DNA of 60,357 nt, counting the filler, from Squatina squatina (lineage: Eukaryota): NCBI GenBank assembly GCA_031763465.1. It is 3 parts of 3 records of this genome, joined end to end, with 100 filler letters (N's around TTAATTAATTAA, not from the genome) between each part and the next. Parts side by side here need not be neighbours in the genome. Positions count along the whole stretch, not along the records: positions 1 to 30,416 come from JARFOE010000057.1; 2 more parts are not named here. One strand, written 5' to 3'. The notes beneath the pieces were generated by a model. It was not told the origin of the DNA and did no database searches. It saw only the letters and a list, made by a program, of their open reading frames with translations. Position 1 is the first letter of the stretch. Each line of letters opens with the position of its first letter. The position numbers were made by a program, and so were the translations under genes. This document shows, one piece after another, positions 1 through 13,717 of this stretch.

Positions 1-898
1 AGGGTCTGGTCACGGTCAGGTGCCTCCAATTCTCCTCTTTCAGTTTTTCTAGCACTGACCGAAGCAGTCGCTGTGTGTGGGAAAGGCTTGATGTGGGCTC
101 ATAGCCAAGTGGAAGCAGTTAGGCCAATTGAGGAATTCGACAGCTGAAATAAACTAAGAAAATCAGCGCTAAGCATGGGCTCTTTAGCGCTGAAATCAGC
201 ACGTTTTTTAAAGCTGTCCGTGAGTTTTTTTCTAAGTGTCAAATTGCTGGACTTTTAAAAAAAATTCAAAGACCTGAACTTTGCGCACCCCAATTCGTCC
301 CTTAACGCCAGAAACTCAGGGCAGTCTAATTGGGTGCCCTCAGTCTTTCTGACAAAACTTCTGTGCTTTCTGTGCACTAACATTAGGTACTTATCACAAT
401 CTTCACTATATCACTCCATATATTACCATATGACTACATTAACATGCCCCTAAAAAGCAATCCTTTTCACTTGCATTTTTGTTAAAAATTTCAAACAGAA
501 TTTCAAACATATAAGTGAGATATAGCAGCTGCTATTAATTAATCTCAATTGCAGAAATAATGATACACAAACAGACAGACTGACACTGCAACAGTGAGTC
601 TGGTCTAAAAACAATTGCTTCAGTAGAATTCCCTTGAAGGCCAACAACTTCTTTTAAAAACAGATAGGGAGCAGTTTTTGAACTTTTTTTTACTGATAGT
701 GATTTACAGCAGATTTGAGAACTGAGTGAACGGCCTTGCGCCTGCAATTTGTTCTCATTAAGAGCCAAGGTTTAACTGTCATAAGCATATGTTAATGTAA
801 ACAGCTTAGAATAACTTGTACAACATTATTACTAGAAGATTCCTAAAATATCTTGGGATGGGGATGGGGCTGGGGTGGGGGGGCGGCAATTTCTGTTT

Positions 899-973
899 GA
901 AACATAGAAACATAGAAAATAGGTGCAGGAGTAGGCCATTCGGCCCTTCGAGCCTGCACCGCCATTCAACACG
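899..973 (-). mobile_element. CR1-type LINE 3' end with (TTCTATGT)n tail
   Basis: gaaacatagaaacatagaaaataggtgcaggagtaggccattcggcccttcgagcc; near-identical to 4178-4293; runs into a gap. Confidence 0.8.
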
Positions 974-3894
974 NNNNNNNNNNNNNNNNNNNNNNNNNNN
1001 NNNNNNNNNNNNNNNNNNNNNNNNNNNNNNNNNNNNNNNNNNNNNNNNNNNNNNNNNNNNNNNNNNNNNNNNNGTGTTGTTTGGCTAGACTAACACAGAG
1101 CAATGCTGTCATAGTTTAGGACATCATTTGAACTCTGATTAAATTACAACCTTAACAGCCAGTCCTGACATGCACAATTCTATGTATTATTGGCAGACCT
1201 TTACAATAAAATTACCTTTTCATTCCAAATGCTTTTACTTTTGGCTTACACAAGTCTATGGTAGCCTATTTTGGCAGCATAGGCTGTAATAATACCACAT
1301 AAAAAATATAGTAAGATGCACTTTAAAACTTTAAAGTAACAAAATCCCGTCAAAAATAATACACTATTTTTCTCTGATAGGACAAATGTACAAAGTTATT
1401 TATGTTTGTTATTCAGATATAACTAGGAAGTGAGGTGAAAATAAAAAAATATATTTTTTAAACTGGGAGATTTGTTTAATTCTCTCCTCTTAGATCCACT
1501 CACTGTTTAATGCTGGAGTAATAACTGCCTAAAATCCATGATATCATCAGAGCTTTTCACTCAATAATGCATAGTTAAAAACAATCTACTGACTGGGAAA
1601 AGAAAAATACACAAATGTAATAGCTGAAGGATGAGATTAGTATAATGTCCTTGAAATGACAGTGTAAGAGTGAACAGAATGAAAGATGATCAGATGTTCT
1701 GTATTAAAACCTGGAGCTCACTGCCAGATGCAGTAAATGTATATGAAAGCCATAATGATCATAACCTAAACCTTACCATGTGGTTCACTTCTTTTATATG
1801 TGCTGGTACACATAATCTCACATGGATATCACCCTGTTGGCCTCTGAGTATAATGAGACCAGGAACTATGCTTGTAAATGTACAAGGTTCAAAGTAGTGC
1901 AAGATAAATTAAGCTCCAGCTTGTGACATTAATTAACCTTTGGTCACCCAAAACGACCTCTCTTTGCCCTTTCAGCCCCCAATGGCCCGTATCCGAGGCT
2001 CTGTCTTAACTGATAGTAATTTAAATTTCAAATAACATCGAAGTCTTCAGGGGAGGATAAACTCCCTCAAGCGAGAAAATGAATAACAATAAAACTTTAA
2101 ATGAGGATTAATGCCTCTGTTAAAATAGCAAAAAAAAATATATGACTATGTTAAGCATTTGTGTAGTACAGTAATATTGTACAGAATTGTTTTCAGGTTG
2201 CTGTTGTTTTCCCCAGATTAACTGATTTAAAGTGTTGTGATGTACATATCTGGTTATTAGAGAATAGGAGAGTGATCTTAAATGGTTCTATTAAAACTAT
2301 AGCATAGTTTGACCTCACAGAATTGATGTTAATTGCGAATTATTCCTTTTGGTAAATTAAAGAATTTACTAGGTACTGTTTAATCATAAGCAGGATAGCT
2401 ACTCCTCCATGTCAGTTCTCACTGTGCCTCTCCACACCGTAATATTTTGGAATAAAGACACAGGTGACACCTCAGCCCCTCTGTGATATTAGTGTGGCAA
2501 AATCATAGGAAAATATCCCCACGATTATAGGTACTCACGGATATCAGAAACCTATCAGTGTAACCACGGATTCTTTTAAGCCACATTGTTCATAGTTCCT
2601 GTAAGAGGTGCACGCAATACAGTTATTGCCTCCTTGCCCGGAGTCTTGCTGTGCTTCCCCCGCAGCCCGATTGANNNNNNNNNNNNNNNNNNNNNNNNNN
2701 NNNNNNNNNNNNNNNNNNNNNNNNNNNNNNNNNNNNNNNNNNNNNNNNNNNNNNNNNNNNNNNNNNNNNNNNNNGATTGAATTAATCACCCTTGGGAGTT
2801 ATCGCTAATGGTGCCCATTTGTGGGCCTTCCAGGACGCTTTTTAAATTAAGTTGGTTCTTTTGGGTGCAAGGACACTACCAGGAATGTTCAAAAAATTTT
2901 GAATTTTTAAAAAAAAAGTTACGAAGAAACTGATTACTGTGCACCGATATAACTAGTAAATGGTTCTGTATGTTTTTTTTAAAGTAATTTTCAGTTATTT
3001 ATTTCGGGTTACTCACAGTTGGTACACTAGAGACTGATTAAAAATACTTAGTTTTTATGATAAGCCCATTTTCAGCTGTATTAATGAAATTGCACCAAGT
3101 TCCCACTCTTAAATATATCACGGAATATTTTTTAAAATCAAAAACATTTTAAAAACACTATGTTCTAAAATGCTGCCCGATTGTACTGGTTTCATTGCAA
3201 ATATAACGTTCGACGATATGCAAATTCCTTTGAAAAATAAATGTCCCTGTTTTCAAAGGGCTAAAAATAAACTTATTGCAGAGTCTTTCATGTATAAATG
3301 ATTGATAAAATTTTATTTTTTATGTTTTTTTAAACTCATGCTGGTACATGCAGGTCTTACTGCTTTTACCAGGTGTAAGAATTTCACGGGCATTTGCTGG
3401 GCAGATTCCCGGGGATGCGTTGGATCTAAATTCTTGACAGATCGCAAGTTCCTGGTTTTCACGCATGCGTTTCGCGCAAGAATACCCAGAGCTTGCGCAG
3501 TCCCTATGGTCGCGTATGTACCTCATAGGAGCCAGCAAATTCTGGCCCAATATAACCTTGAATATTTAACTCTCAGTCATGACTCGCTTGCTGGCATTTC
3601 TCAGCAATGGCTTTATTTGAGTCTTTAATTCACTCAATTTATTTCCTACGCTTTAGCACATAAAACTCTTATTTGGGCAGGAATCCTAACCTCTCCTTCT
3701 GCTGTCATTCTCACAGTTTAACTTAACACATGTCTTATTTGTCACTCCTGCTGTAACTACTTCAGTTATTTTAGTATTCCCTTCACCTGGAGTATCTGTA
3801 TTACTGTTTGTGACCTGAATCCCTTTTAAAATCTGTAAACCATCATTTTTATGATTGTTTCTGACTGAGCACTCATCTCCCCCTCCCACCCCCA

Positions 3895-4050
3895 TTTAAT
3901 AGTTTAAAGTCCTTATTTCCAGCTTATTTATCCTTTCAGCTGGGACGTTGTCCCAGCCCGGTTCAGGTGCAGCCCATCCCAACACTATAGCTCCCTCCTG
4001 TCCCAGTACTGGTGCCAGGGTCCCATGAAATGGAACTCCTTCTTCCCATA
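3895..4050 (-). mobile_element. CR1 ORF1 SGNH-esterase fragment
   Basis: Minus-strand translation GKKEFHFMGPWHQYWDRREL*CWDGLHLNRAGT carries the DGLHLN motif of CR1 ORF1 esterases. Confidence 0.75.
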
Positions 4051-4177
4051 CCGTCAAGGAGCTAGCCTTTCACCCATCCATCCATGTTTCTACCTCAAAA
4101 AAAATACATTATTTTCCAATAGGAATTTGCACATAGGTGGAATTTTTGATGCCTTTCTGGTTAAGGCATGGCATAAG

Positions 4178-4293
4178 ACATAGAAACATAGAAACATAGA
4201 AAATAGGTGCAGGAGTAGGCCATTCGACCCTTCGAGCCTGCACCGCCATTCAACACGATCATGGCTGATCTTTCAACTCAGTACCCCGTACCT
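4178..4293 (-). mobile_element. CR1-type LINE 3' end
   Basis: Three ACATAGAA octamer units followed by the same terminal sequence as 899-973. Confidence 0.8.
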
Positions 4294-5003
4294 NNNNNNN
4301 NNNNNNNNNNNNNNNNNNNNNNNNNNNNNNNNNNNNNNNNNNNNNNNNNNNNNNNNNNNNNNNNNNNNNNNNNNNNNNNNNNNNNNNNNNNNNAACAATA
4401 ATACATTTTCCAAATTTAATACATAGGTATCAACACAATTTTTTGCATGTTTTTTGTTAAACACCCTGAGATAGATGCATTCTCCCAAAAGGAGACAACT
4501 GTGTTGTGTTAAGATAAAATCGATGTGGACAGGCCCTCAAATCACATGTTGCACTGTGCAGGGAGTGTCTGACAAGGTCGGAGGTCAGCTAAGCGAACGA
4601 GGTCCTGTTCCTTTTCACTTCTGGGAGACATTTGTCTTCATTGCAGACACTAAGATGCTTGTAAATGGAGACGTTGCTATGGTGAGGCTTGGGTGCTCCG
4701 CTTCTAGGGGCGGACTGGGTGACCTTGAGGTTTCAAAGGTAGAGATGAGCTTGAAAGGAAAGAGATTCCTGGAAAAAAGGTCACAAGGCAAAAAATAGTG
4801 TTAATGAATTGAAGGATGCCAATAGCATTGCAGTAGCAAAAGATGACCTAAAATAAGATGGGTCTTTAAATTCATTGTATTCAGAACTTTGGATAATAAA
4901 AGAAATGTTCTTTTGCTATGTGGATTTCTCAAATTTGTTCTTAATGAAGCAGTTGAAATTTAGAAACATTTTTGCTGCAGTTAAAGTCTGTTCAGTAACA
5001 CAA

Positions 5004-5245
5004 CAGGGTAAATTTTATGATTTTTTTTGACTTCCAGTGCACAGCTTTGATCGTTGAGAGCACATACCGGGAATTCAGGCACAGAAATCAGTAGGGCCCC
5101 CACTGGATTTTTTCCATTCATTATGAGGTATGTTGAGCCAAATGGCCTTCATTATGCATTTCTATCTTGTGGTCGTAGGGTAGATTTTACAAATTTGTGC
5201 TTTTGGCACAAAAGTTTTGAGCACAAATTTATAAACTTTGCCCTG
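5004..5245. mobile_element. MITE with imperfect terminal inverted repeats
   Basis: CAGGGTAAATTTTAT at the left end versus ATAAACTTTGCCCTG at the right end. Confidence 0.5.
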
Positions 5246-5709
5246 AGATCACAAGATAGATATGGATAATGAAGGCCATTCTTCATTTTGGCCCATATTA
5301 TCTCATCCATCAAGAAGAAAGCTACAGTTCCCCCTTCAAAACATGCAACTGTTTCTTAAATGATTACAAAGTTTTTGCCTTCACGACTCTAGCCAAATCA
5401 TTATCTGTGTGAAGAACCTACTGACTTGATGTATTGTAGTTTCCAATACCTTAATTGTAAGTTTCACAAACAAGCTTTGAGCTGTATTTGAAAAAACACA
5501 GTGTAAGATACTAAGCGATGCATTACTGCATACGATAGCTGATGATTTGTTTAATTTCCTTCTTTACGTCTGGTTTCCCTGTACCTAGTTGCATTTCCTG
5601 TCTGGNNNNNNNNNNATCCAGATCAGCTGCCCCTATGCCTCTGACAGTGCTCCTCTGTACCAGAATAGCTTTGCCTTCCAATGTCCCGATTCTTCTGTAA
5701 GTAAACTTA

Positions 5710-5909
5710 GAATCACATAAATTTTACATGCACAGAAACTGGCCATTCGGTCCAACTGGTCTATGCCAGTGTTTATGCTCCACACAAGCCTCCTCCCACC
5801 TCTCTTCATCTCACCCTATCAACATATCCTTCTATTCCTTTCTCCCTCATGCACTTATCTACTTCCCTTTAAATATATCTATGCTATTCACCTCATCTAT
5901 TTCATGTGG
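5710..5909 (-). mobile_element. CR1-type LINE 3' end (second subfamily)
   Basis: Reverse complement resembles 53780-53932 (cataaacactggcatagac...gaatggcc.gtttctgtgc). Confidence 0.75.
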
Positions 5910-6197
5910 NNNNNNNNNNNNNNNNNNNNNNNNNNNNNNNNNNNNNNNNNNNNNNNNNNNNNNNNNNNNNNNNNNNNNNNNNNNNNNNNNNNNNNNNNNN
6001 NNNNNNNNNGCTGTGATCTGAATGCCCAGCTGTGAAGGAGGAAACCCGCAAGCTCGGGTGGAACGAGGACTGCCAGGTAAGTTCGCAGACATTTTTGCGA
6101 TCGGAGGCATCTGCACACAGGAAGCCTCCGATTGCAATTTCAGGGCCAATATTTGCTTTTTAGACAATAAAAATATTTGAAGCCCTTACTAGCTATT

Positions 6198-6368
6198 GGG
6201 GTAGATTTTCATCTGCACTGCCTGGGCAGTGGATTTCCTGCTCTTTTAGATCCTGCCTGATTTTCTTCCATGAATTTTAATGGAATGAAAATTGGATGGG
6301 TTTTATAAAGGATGAGTGATCTGCTCTGCCAGATCAGTGCCCAAACGGTGAAGATGAAAATCTACCAC
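6198..6368. mobile_element. MITE, about 170 bp
   Basis: TIR GGGGTAGATTTTCATCT / AGATGAAAATCTACCAC (16 of 17 match) with a central palindrome ttccatgaattttaatggaa. Confidence 0.75.
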
Positions 6369-9300
6369 AATTTGTCTACCCCATAAGATACAGAAGTAAG
6401 CAAAAAGCATGGGCATCCACTGTAAAAAAAAAGGTTTTTGTGGTGTGATTTCTTTTTAGAGAAATCTCCAAAATCAGAGATAGCCATCCCATGTCTCTTG
6501 GATTGGCCTACATGTATGCAATGGATGCCTCACTAAAGACTCTGGGGAAAAAAAACAATATACGGACAGAACTGATATTTTGAAAGCTGTAGTGCACTTT
6601 CTGAAACATAAGGGTTAACATGAAAGGAACAGAACAGTAAACAGCACAGGACTGACTCACAAAGTATGTCAGCAGCTCCTCCGCAAACGAAAATCAAATT
6701 TTGCTCTGGCAGTTCAAGCAGTCAAGTGCTTGACTCTAATCCAAACAGTCTTGAGTTGAAGACTCAGGCTAATCTGTGCTAATCTTGATTGCTTCAGCCA
6801 GGTAAATCTCAACATTCCCCAATATGCTTGCTAGGTAAAGCACTACTGCAAGGTGCTCAATCACGAGGGTGAAAGAGAGAGGGAGTCAAGATTGCCTGGC
6901 TTACCCTCTGCCTGAATCAGGCCTCTTGCCTGCTAATCAAAGAACAGCATTTAGTTTAGTCATGGGAACCATGTTATTCTCCCAGCTGAGAGTAAGGACC
7001 CTGCCAAGAGAAAAATGGAGGGAAAGAAACAGAACCAAGGGGAAAAGGAAAGAGAATGATATCTGGCTTTACTGCGGGGTAACAAAATAGGAATGCAAAT
7101 GAATCCTTAAAATATTGACTTCTCATAATAGTCTCAGGCTGCTTGCTCTTGTCAGGCATATATTACTATTTATTTTAATAAAGTGAAACCAAGTTCCCAA
7201 GCCTATTTATTTACAAATATATATAAATATTCATAAATTCAAATACATCCATGCTTCTCACTTTCTTCNNNNNNNNNNNNNNNNNNNNNNNNNNNNNNNN
7301 NNNNNNNNNNNNNNNNNNNNNNNNNNNNNNNNNNNNNNNNNNNNNNNNNNNNNNNNNNNNNNNNNNNNNNNNNNNNNNNNNNNNNNNNNNNNNNNNNNNN
7401 NNNNNNNNNNNNNNNNNNNNNNNNNNNNNNNNNNNNNNNNNNNNNNNNNNNNNNNNNNNNNNNNNNNNNNNNNNNNNNNNNNNNNNNNNNNNNNNNNNNN
7501 NNNNNNNNNNNNNNNNNNNNNNNNNNNNNNNNNNNNNNNNNNNNNNNNNNNNNNNNNNNNNATCAGAGAAGAGAGCTTCATCGTTTCTGTTGAATTTGAA
7601 CCCAAGTTCTTCAGGTGAAACAGCAGAGTAGAAATGCAGTTTGCCTCTGGCTTTCTAGTTTTTCACGTTTGGGCAGATACCAATTTTCAGAGCTGAAAAG
7701 TCAGTATTTAATCACACTGGACCACCCAGCTTAACGGTTATCAGCTTGATGCAGGGTAATTTTTACAATTGTCTGCAAGTTCTTATTTTCAAATCATTTG
7801 GGCTATATCTAAGGAATATGATCAGATTATTTTTTAGGGGCCAGCCATTTGGTATTGGTGCAAAATTGGCAGCTGGCAGCTGGCAGCTGTGGAGCTTTGA
7901 TTTGGGCAGTTTGCTTAGTCCTAGACATGTGGTGATAGCTGGCATTGTTACCCTGTAATTTGGTCACTTTCCAAGCTACATGGGAAGACATTCCTTGTGC
8001 ATGGAGAGTGAAACCAGCAGTGCTCAAAGCTGCTCCAGCTATTAAACAACAGTAAGCAATTAAGTCTATACTCCTGTCTGCTAATCAGATGGACTCCAGG
8101 TATTATAAGAAAGCATGGATTGAGAAGCAGAGCCAATACTAGGAAGTATCTAACCTAACAACTAAAGAGAACAAAATGAAATTGAAAGTATAGCAATTGA
8201 AAAAGGGAACTTAACATTGTCTAGACATCAAATAAAGAAGAAAGGGTTGTAGGAATGGTGTTTGAATAAAAATGTCTGATCAAAGCTCTACACATTTTCA
8301 GTGCAAGTGAGGAAGCTGCTCACCTCTACACGATGTGCTAAAATGTTTATGTGTGTCTGTTTGCAAGTTAGTGGCAACTTATTAAAGGAATTTTAAATTA
8401 ATAAAAAATGGTCTTGTGTTTTGAAATTCCATGATATTGATCAAGTTTCAGTGCACCACTATAAAAATGAAATGTCCTATAAATAACTTGAGTTTGTTAT
8501 TTTAGATATTGGAATTTTTGTGAATGAAGGTTGATATTTTTCAGCAAGTGCTTGTTTAAAAACAGCAGCCCACCAGTGCTGAGCACAATGCTGTCAATTA
8601 AGCAAGGCTAGATCCCCTGTTCCTCAGTCACAGAGTGCCATGTAGTTGGCATAACAGTGATTGACAGCACTGGCGGTTGCTTGATAAACATAAAGCACGT
8701 GTGCCAAACATGGATTTCAGATGCAAAAATGGATCAACTAGCATCAATGAAAGAATCAATGAATATTCACTATCTTCTTGTTATGAAGTTAATATTAAAA
8801 GAATGTACTAAATATCCAGTAAGATTAAGGATTATTATTAAAATGTAATCAGTAAGCAGGAACTGTTTTCTTCAGTAAAACTTTCTCCTTGGTAATTTGG
8901 TTTTCTGAGACTTCTGTTATATTTTGGACATATTTCCCTGACAAATATTGCTGCGTAACCTTTCTTATTTTTCTCCCTTCTTTCCTGAAAGCTCTGACTC
9001 TCATTGGGAAATGGCTCCATAGGTGCTCGAAGCCCTCCGTATCTCACCCAAGTACCCATTCTTTACACGTCAGTCTAGATAGTGTGTGTCACCAGACTAC
9101 TTGACAAGTGGATCTGACAACAGCCAAGACCAATTCTGTTCTGTCCTGATCTGAAGTCCATAGCTGTGTATTGCAATCTGGACAATTTTGTTTCCCCCTC
9201 CCCATCCAGCGACTTAAGAGGTCAATTATACTCTCCCTAACGATACTTTGACAGAGATCAGACAACTCAAAATAGATCGGGGATATTGCTTTCAACCATT

Positions 9301-10014
9301 AGTATGACAGCAGGCAGTGCTTCTGCTGCTGAGCCATCTGGTGAGCATTTACAAAAAGTACGATATTTTCCCTCCAATTCTTATCATGAAGTTCTTCACG
9401 TATCCTCTATCTACTGAAAGTGGTAAGACTCCAGGCTATCCACTTGATTGATTGATTGATGTAACTGTGATGGGTGAGAGCCATGGATTATTGATGTACT
9501 TAATTTTTTTTTACGTATCAGTGAGGAATGCCAAAGGAAATCAAGTAAGATAGTATGAAACTCATGTTATAAATAAAAGACCAACGATCATAGCTAGATT
9601 AAACTGTAGATAACTAACTGGTATGGAGTGTTTAACTGGGGTTTTCTTAATCGAATTGATGAATAACACATTGGTGACCAGTAAAATGAGATGGCCGAAA
9701 CAGAACCAAGCAATACATGTCTTGACAATTTTCACATGGAATGAATGACATCCTGCTATGTAAAGGGATGCATTTAGAAATTAGTACAGGTTCAGTATTC
9801 ATGCATAGTGGGCAGAATCCAAATGCCATCTTATGAAAGGTTAGAGCAATTGATTATAGCACTTCTCTGTTGCCCATTTCCCTAAATTTAGTCCTGGATT
9901 TTATTATTGACATATTCCTAAATCTAAAATTGTTTTACTTTTGCAGTCTCTGCAACTATACTTTTCTAACATTTATATATTTTCCCATGCACTTTAAATG
10001 TTTAACTGAACCTG

Positions 10015-10038
10015 AATTAATTAATTAATTAATTAATT
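10015..10038. repeat. (AATT)n microsatellite
   Basis: aattaattaattaattaattaatt with no flanking Ns. Confidence 0.8.
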
Positions 10039-10473
10039 CCTGCTAGTATTAGTTTCTTTTTAGCACTCTTTACTGTGAGTGAATTAATTGGTAACAGATT
10101 TCTCTCTATTGATTGTAATTTTTTTTTAAATTGTGTTTAGAAATCATTATTGGGAGAAAATAACAATGTTCTCTTCAAATGTGCAGTGGGCATATATACT
10201 TTTTCTATTTAGAAATTTTCAGTGAAGAAGTAGCAACAATATCAACTGTACAGCATGGTATTTTAGACAGCAATTGTTTTTCTAACAGAAGATACAGCCT
10301 ATGCAGTTGTTAAAGTGACTTCTGCTCTCTTCAACTTTGGTTCCTGCTTCTGTGATGGGTACTGGGGAGAAGAGNNNNNNNNNNNNNNNNNNNNNNNNNN
10401 NNNNNNNNNNNNNNNNNNNNNNNNNNNNNNNNNNNNNNNNNNNNNNNNNNNNNNNNNNNNNNNNNNNNNNNNN

Positions 10474-10823
10474 NGCTTCAGTTAGTAGCACTCTCGCCTC
10501 TGAGTCAAAAGGTTGTGGGTTCAAGTCCCACTCCAGGGATTTGACCATAAAAATCTAGGCTGACACTCCAGTGCAGAACAGGTGAGTTACCCCCGGTGTC
10601 CTGGCCAATATTTATCCCTCCATCAACATCACTGAAACAGATTAATTGGTTATTATCACACTGCTGTTATTGGGAGCTTGCTGTGTGCAAGTTGGCTGCT
10701 GTGTTTCCTACATTACAATGGTGACTACACTTCAAAAAGTACTTCATTGGCTGTAAAGCACTTTGAGATGTCCAGTGGTCATGAAAGGTGCTATATAAAT
10801 GCAAGTCTTTCTTTCCTTTCTTC
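10474..10823 (+). mobile_element. tRNA-derived DeuSINE (SacSINE1-like), internally deleted
   Basis: B box GGTTCAAGTCC and the same body and tail as 18839-19301, but missing about 125 bp of the central domain. Confidence 0.85.
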
Positions 10824-11955
10824 TATTATACAAATCATCAAATCAATGTATTAGTCCAATATCACCATCCATAAAATGTAGATAGTGATAAAAAATACAT
10901 CCAACTGCTCAATTGATGCTTGGTAGAATTTACATTTTGAAGAGAAGGTTCCTTTAAAGCCTGAATTTAAATTTGAAAATTCATGTGGACACCTTATTAC
11001 TGCAGACCTACTTAAAAATATTAAATACTTTTAGTGCACTGATGTCCTGCTTATTTATCATTTCAAAAGTTTTGTTTTGGTATCAAGTAATCTATGTTAC
11101 ATGTTTTTAGATGACAAAGACTGTAGTAAACGGGGACAAGCATGACAATGTATGCAAGGTTAAAGAACATGGAATTAATGCAGTCTTGCTGCTTGAACAT
11201 TGATGTAAAAACATCCTGTGTGATGCTCTACCTCAGTTAAGCTCCCCGTCACGCTGCCTGCTCCATAAAGTCTAAAAATGGTTGCAAATAAAATTGCATT
11301 AAATACATTTGCACTCACTGCTTATAATGAGTAGTATGCCATTGAATCAACAGTAATCAATGTTAGAGGAAAATAAACTCCAAAATGAAATACTGCACTG
11401 AAGAAAGCATGCAAATACCACCATAGATGTGAAACCAGGTACCTAGTATCATCAGTCATTTACAGTGTCCTCCATTTGGCTTGTAAATTTAGTACAGTAA
11501 TAAGAGGTTGGCGCTGTGACAGGAATTTACTGCTAAAACATTCATTTAACAGCACTGAATCTATTGAAAGTGGTTAATGGAGATGCCAAGGCATCCTTTA
11601 ACTGAAGTGACTCTAACTGCAACAGCCTTTACATTAGATTGCAGTGTTTACACAGAGATCTGGGTGGCTGCCACTGTCTGGGGACTTTGGGGACTGCAGC
11701 AGAATTTCTGCACTAACATAACAATATAACAGCATTGCAACTGGTTCCATTGAGAAACAAAGAATGCAAATGACAGGAATCATCTGATGATTTTCTCCGT
11801 TGTTGCAGTTCCTAATTTACAATCAGCATTTTGTATAGTTTGGAAGCACTTAAAAACAGCCAGGGTTAAAAGTCTCAAAATCAGGAGCTGGCTATTGACT
11901 ATATTTTTCAGCAACTGGTTAATTTTCTGCTTGCAAACTTATAAATAAACACTAG

Positions 11956-12132
11956 AGGGGTGAAATTCATATTGGGCTGTAGCATAAGGCGGGTGATGGT
12001 GAGTCAGCAGCCTGTTTAACACTCTTCCCAATGTTCTTTTCTATTGAGTTCAATGGACCAGAACTCGTGGCACAGTACTTCAAATTTACTGTCGCCTATT
12101 GTGAACTACAGCCTAATACCAATTTCACGTCC
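11956..12132. mobile_element. MITE with 3-bp TAG target-site duplication (PIF/Harbinger-like)
   Basis: tag|AGGGGTGAAATTcatattgggctgtag ... ctacagcctaataccAATTTCACGTCC|tag; imperfect TIR of about 27 bp; central ctattgagttcaatgg palindrome. Confidence 0.7.
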
Positions 12133-13717
12133 TAGAGGTTCTATTGGTAAATCAAATATGTGACTGCCTTCTGTGACAGGAACACATCGTACTGACAAAA
12201 GAGCGGCTCTANNNNNNNNNNNNNNNNNNNNNNNNNNNNNNNNNNNNNNNNNNNNNNNNNNNNNNNNNNNNNNNNNNNNNNNNNNNNNNNNNNNNNNNNN
12301 NNNNNNNNNNNCTCTGTTTTTCTCTCCACAGATGCTGCCTGACCTGCTGAGTTTTTCCAGCAATTTTTGTCTGTAACCCAATTTCGGACCCTGCCGAATT
12401 TCACCCCCTAAGACTTGATAGTGAAATTACCAAGTAGATTTAACAGTGATTTTGGTAATTTACTGCCTTCATGTCTCCATGAACTTTTCCAGGTTAACCC
12501 TCTGCACCCATAAAGAATGGACTTGTATTTATATGAAATTGTACTGTTTATATGCTGAAGAGAGTGAGAAGATTTTGCCTGCAATAATTTTTGCTGCTGT
12601 CAGGTCAACCAGCTGGAAGGCATGTTCGAGTGGTGCAGGACAGAACTCTCTCCCTCACTGGTTTACTCTTCATGTGGAGACGTCATGCCGAGATCAGTCA
12701 AGCTTGTTCTCTTTAGGAAGTCTAATTATAAATGCTAGTGAACATTGTGATTTGAACTCGGGCCTTCAAGCTTAAAGAGGCCAGCTTTCTATGATTGCAA
12801 CCGCCAGGCCTCCTCTTCAGTGACAAATTTTAGAAATATGTTTCAAAGGCCACTTTTTTGAATATTTTTACTTTTCCACACCATTGTTAGCTTTTCCCTT
12901 CCTGCCGTTAGTTGGTCCCTATGGCACACAACAGTCTCTGCTAATCTACTGTGTAACCAGACACCAGAACATGTAGCACAGTACCATGGGTCAACTCCCC
13001 CTTTCATTTTCTTTTCCTCCCTGTGCTGGTCCAGCCAAGATTGGAATTCCTTGCTCAAAGAATGACATCTGTCAAGCAGATATCTTATGGTGTCTAACCA
13101 CTTTTGTGGCACTACACTTTGTGCCAAACTATTTTTTTGGCACAGCCCTTTAGTAAATGAAGGTGCTGCAAGACAATCTATGAAAATCAAATTTGAATAA
13201 AACCCAACATTGTTTAATGTCTTTATTTTTGAGGTATTGCTTTAGTTTAAATCATTTACCCATTAAGTATCTGAACTTTGAACTCCCTATTGTGAGGATG
13301 AGTGATTTTGTAACAGCTTCCCAGGCCTCCTTATTTACTTAGGACAGCTATAAAAATAATTCCCCAAAAATTCAAAATGTTGGTATCCAATTAACAAAAC
13401 TTACTTCTTTCTTCAGCTTTTGACTTGGCAGCCATTTCTGAGAGACCCTTTGGGTGCCACAGCAATAGTTCTTTACTAAGAGAAAATAGTAAGTCAAAGG
13501 TGATCTTGTATTATAGCACTTTGGTGTACTAATGAATTTCATTACAGCTGGAAGGACATGGGTGTCATGGCCTACCTACTCAAATGGTAAGTTCTGAGTA
13601 TTCACCAAGATGCCAGATTGGGGGAGGATTAAAAATAGAGGTTAGGATCATCCCCACTGAAAGAGACAGAAACTCAGAGGGTGGGTCTCCCAAGACTGCT
13701 CTGAAAACATCTCCCAA

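Noticed and set aside
10015-10038. TTAATTAATTAA run resembling the scaffold linker
   Set aside because: It has no flanking Ns and is longer than 12 nt, so it is a natural (AATT)n microsatellite.
12843-13190. 115-aa minus-strand ORF with CxxC
   Set aside because: No recognisable domain, a non-ATG start, and a length expected by chance.
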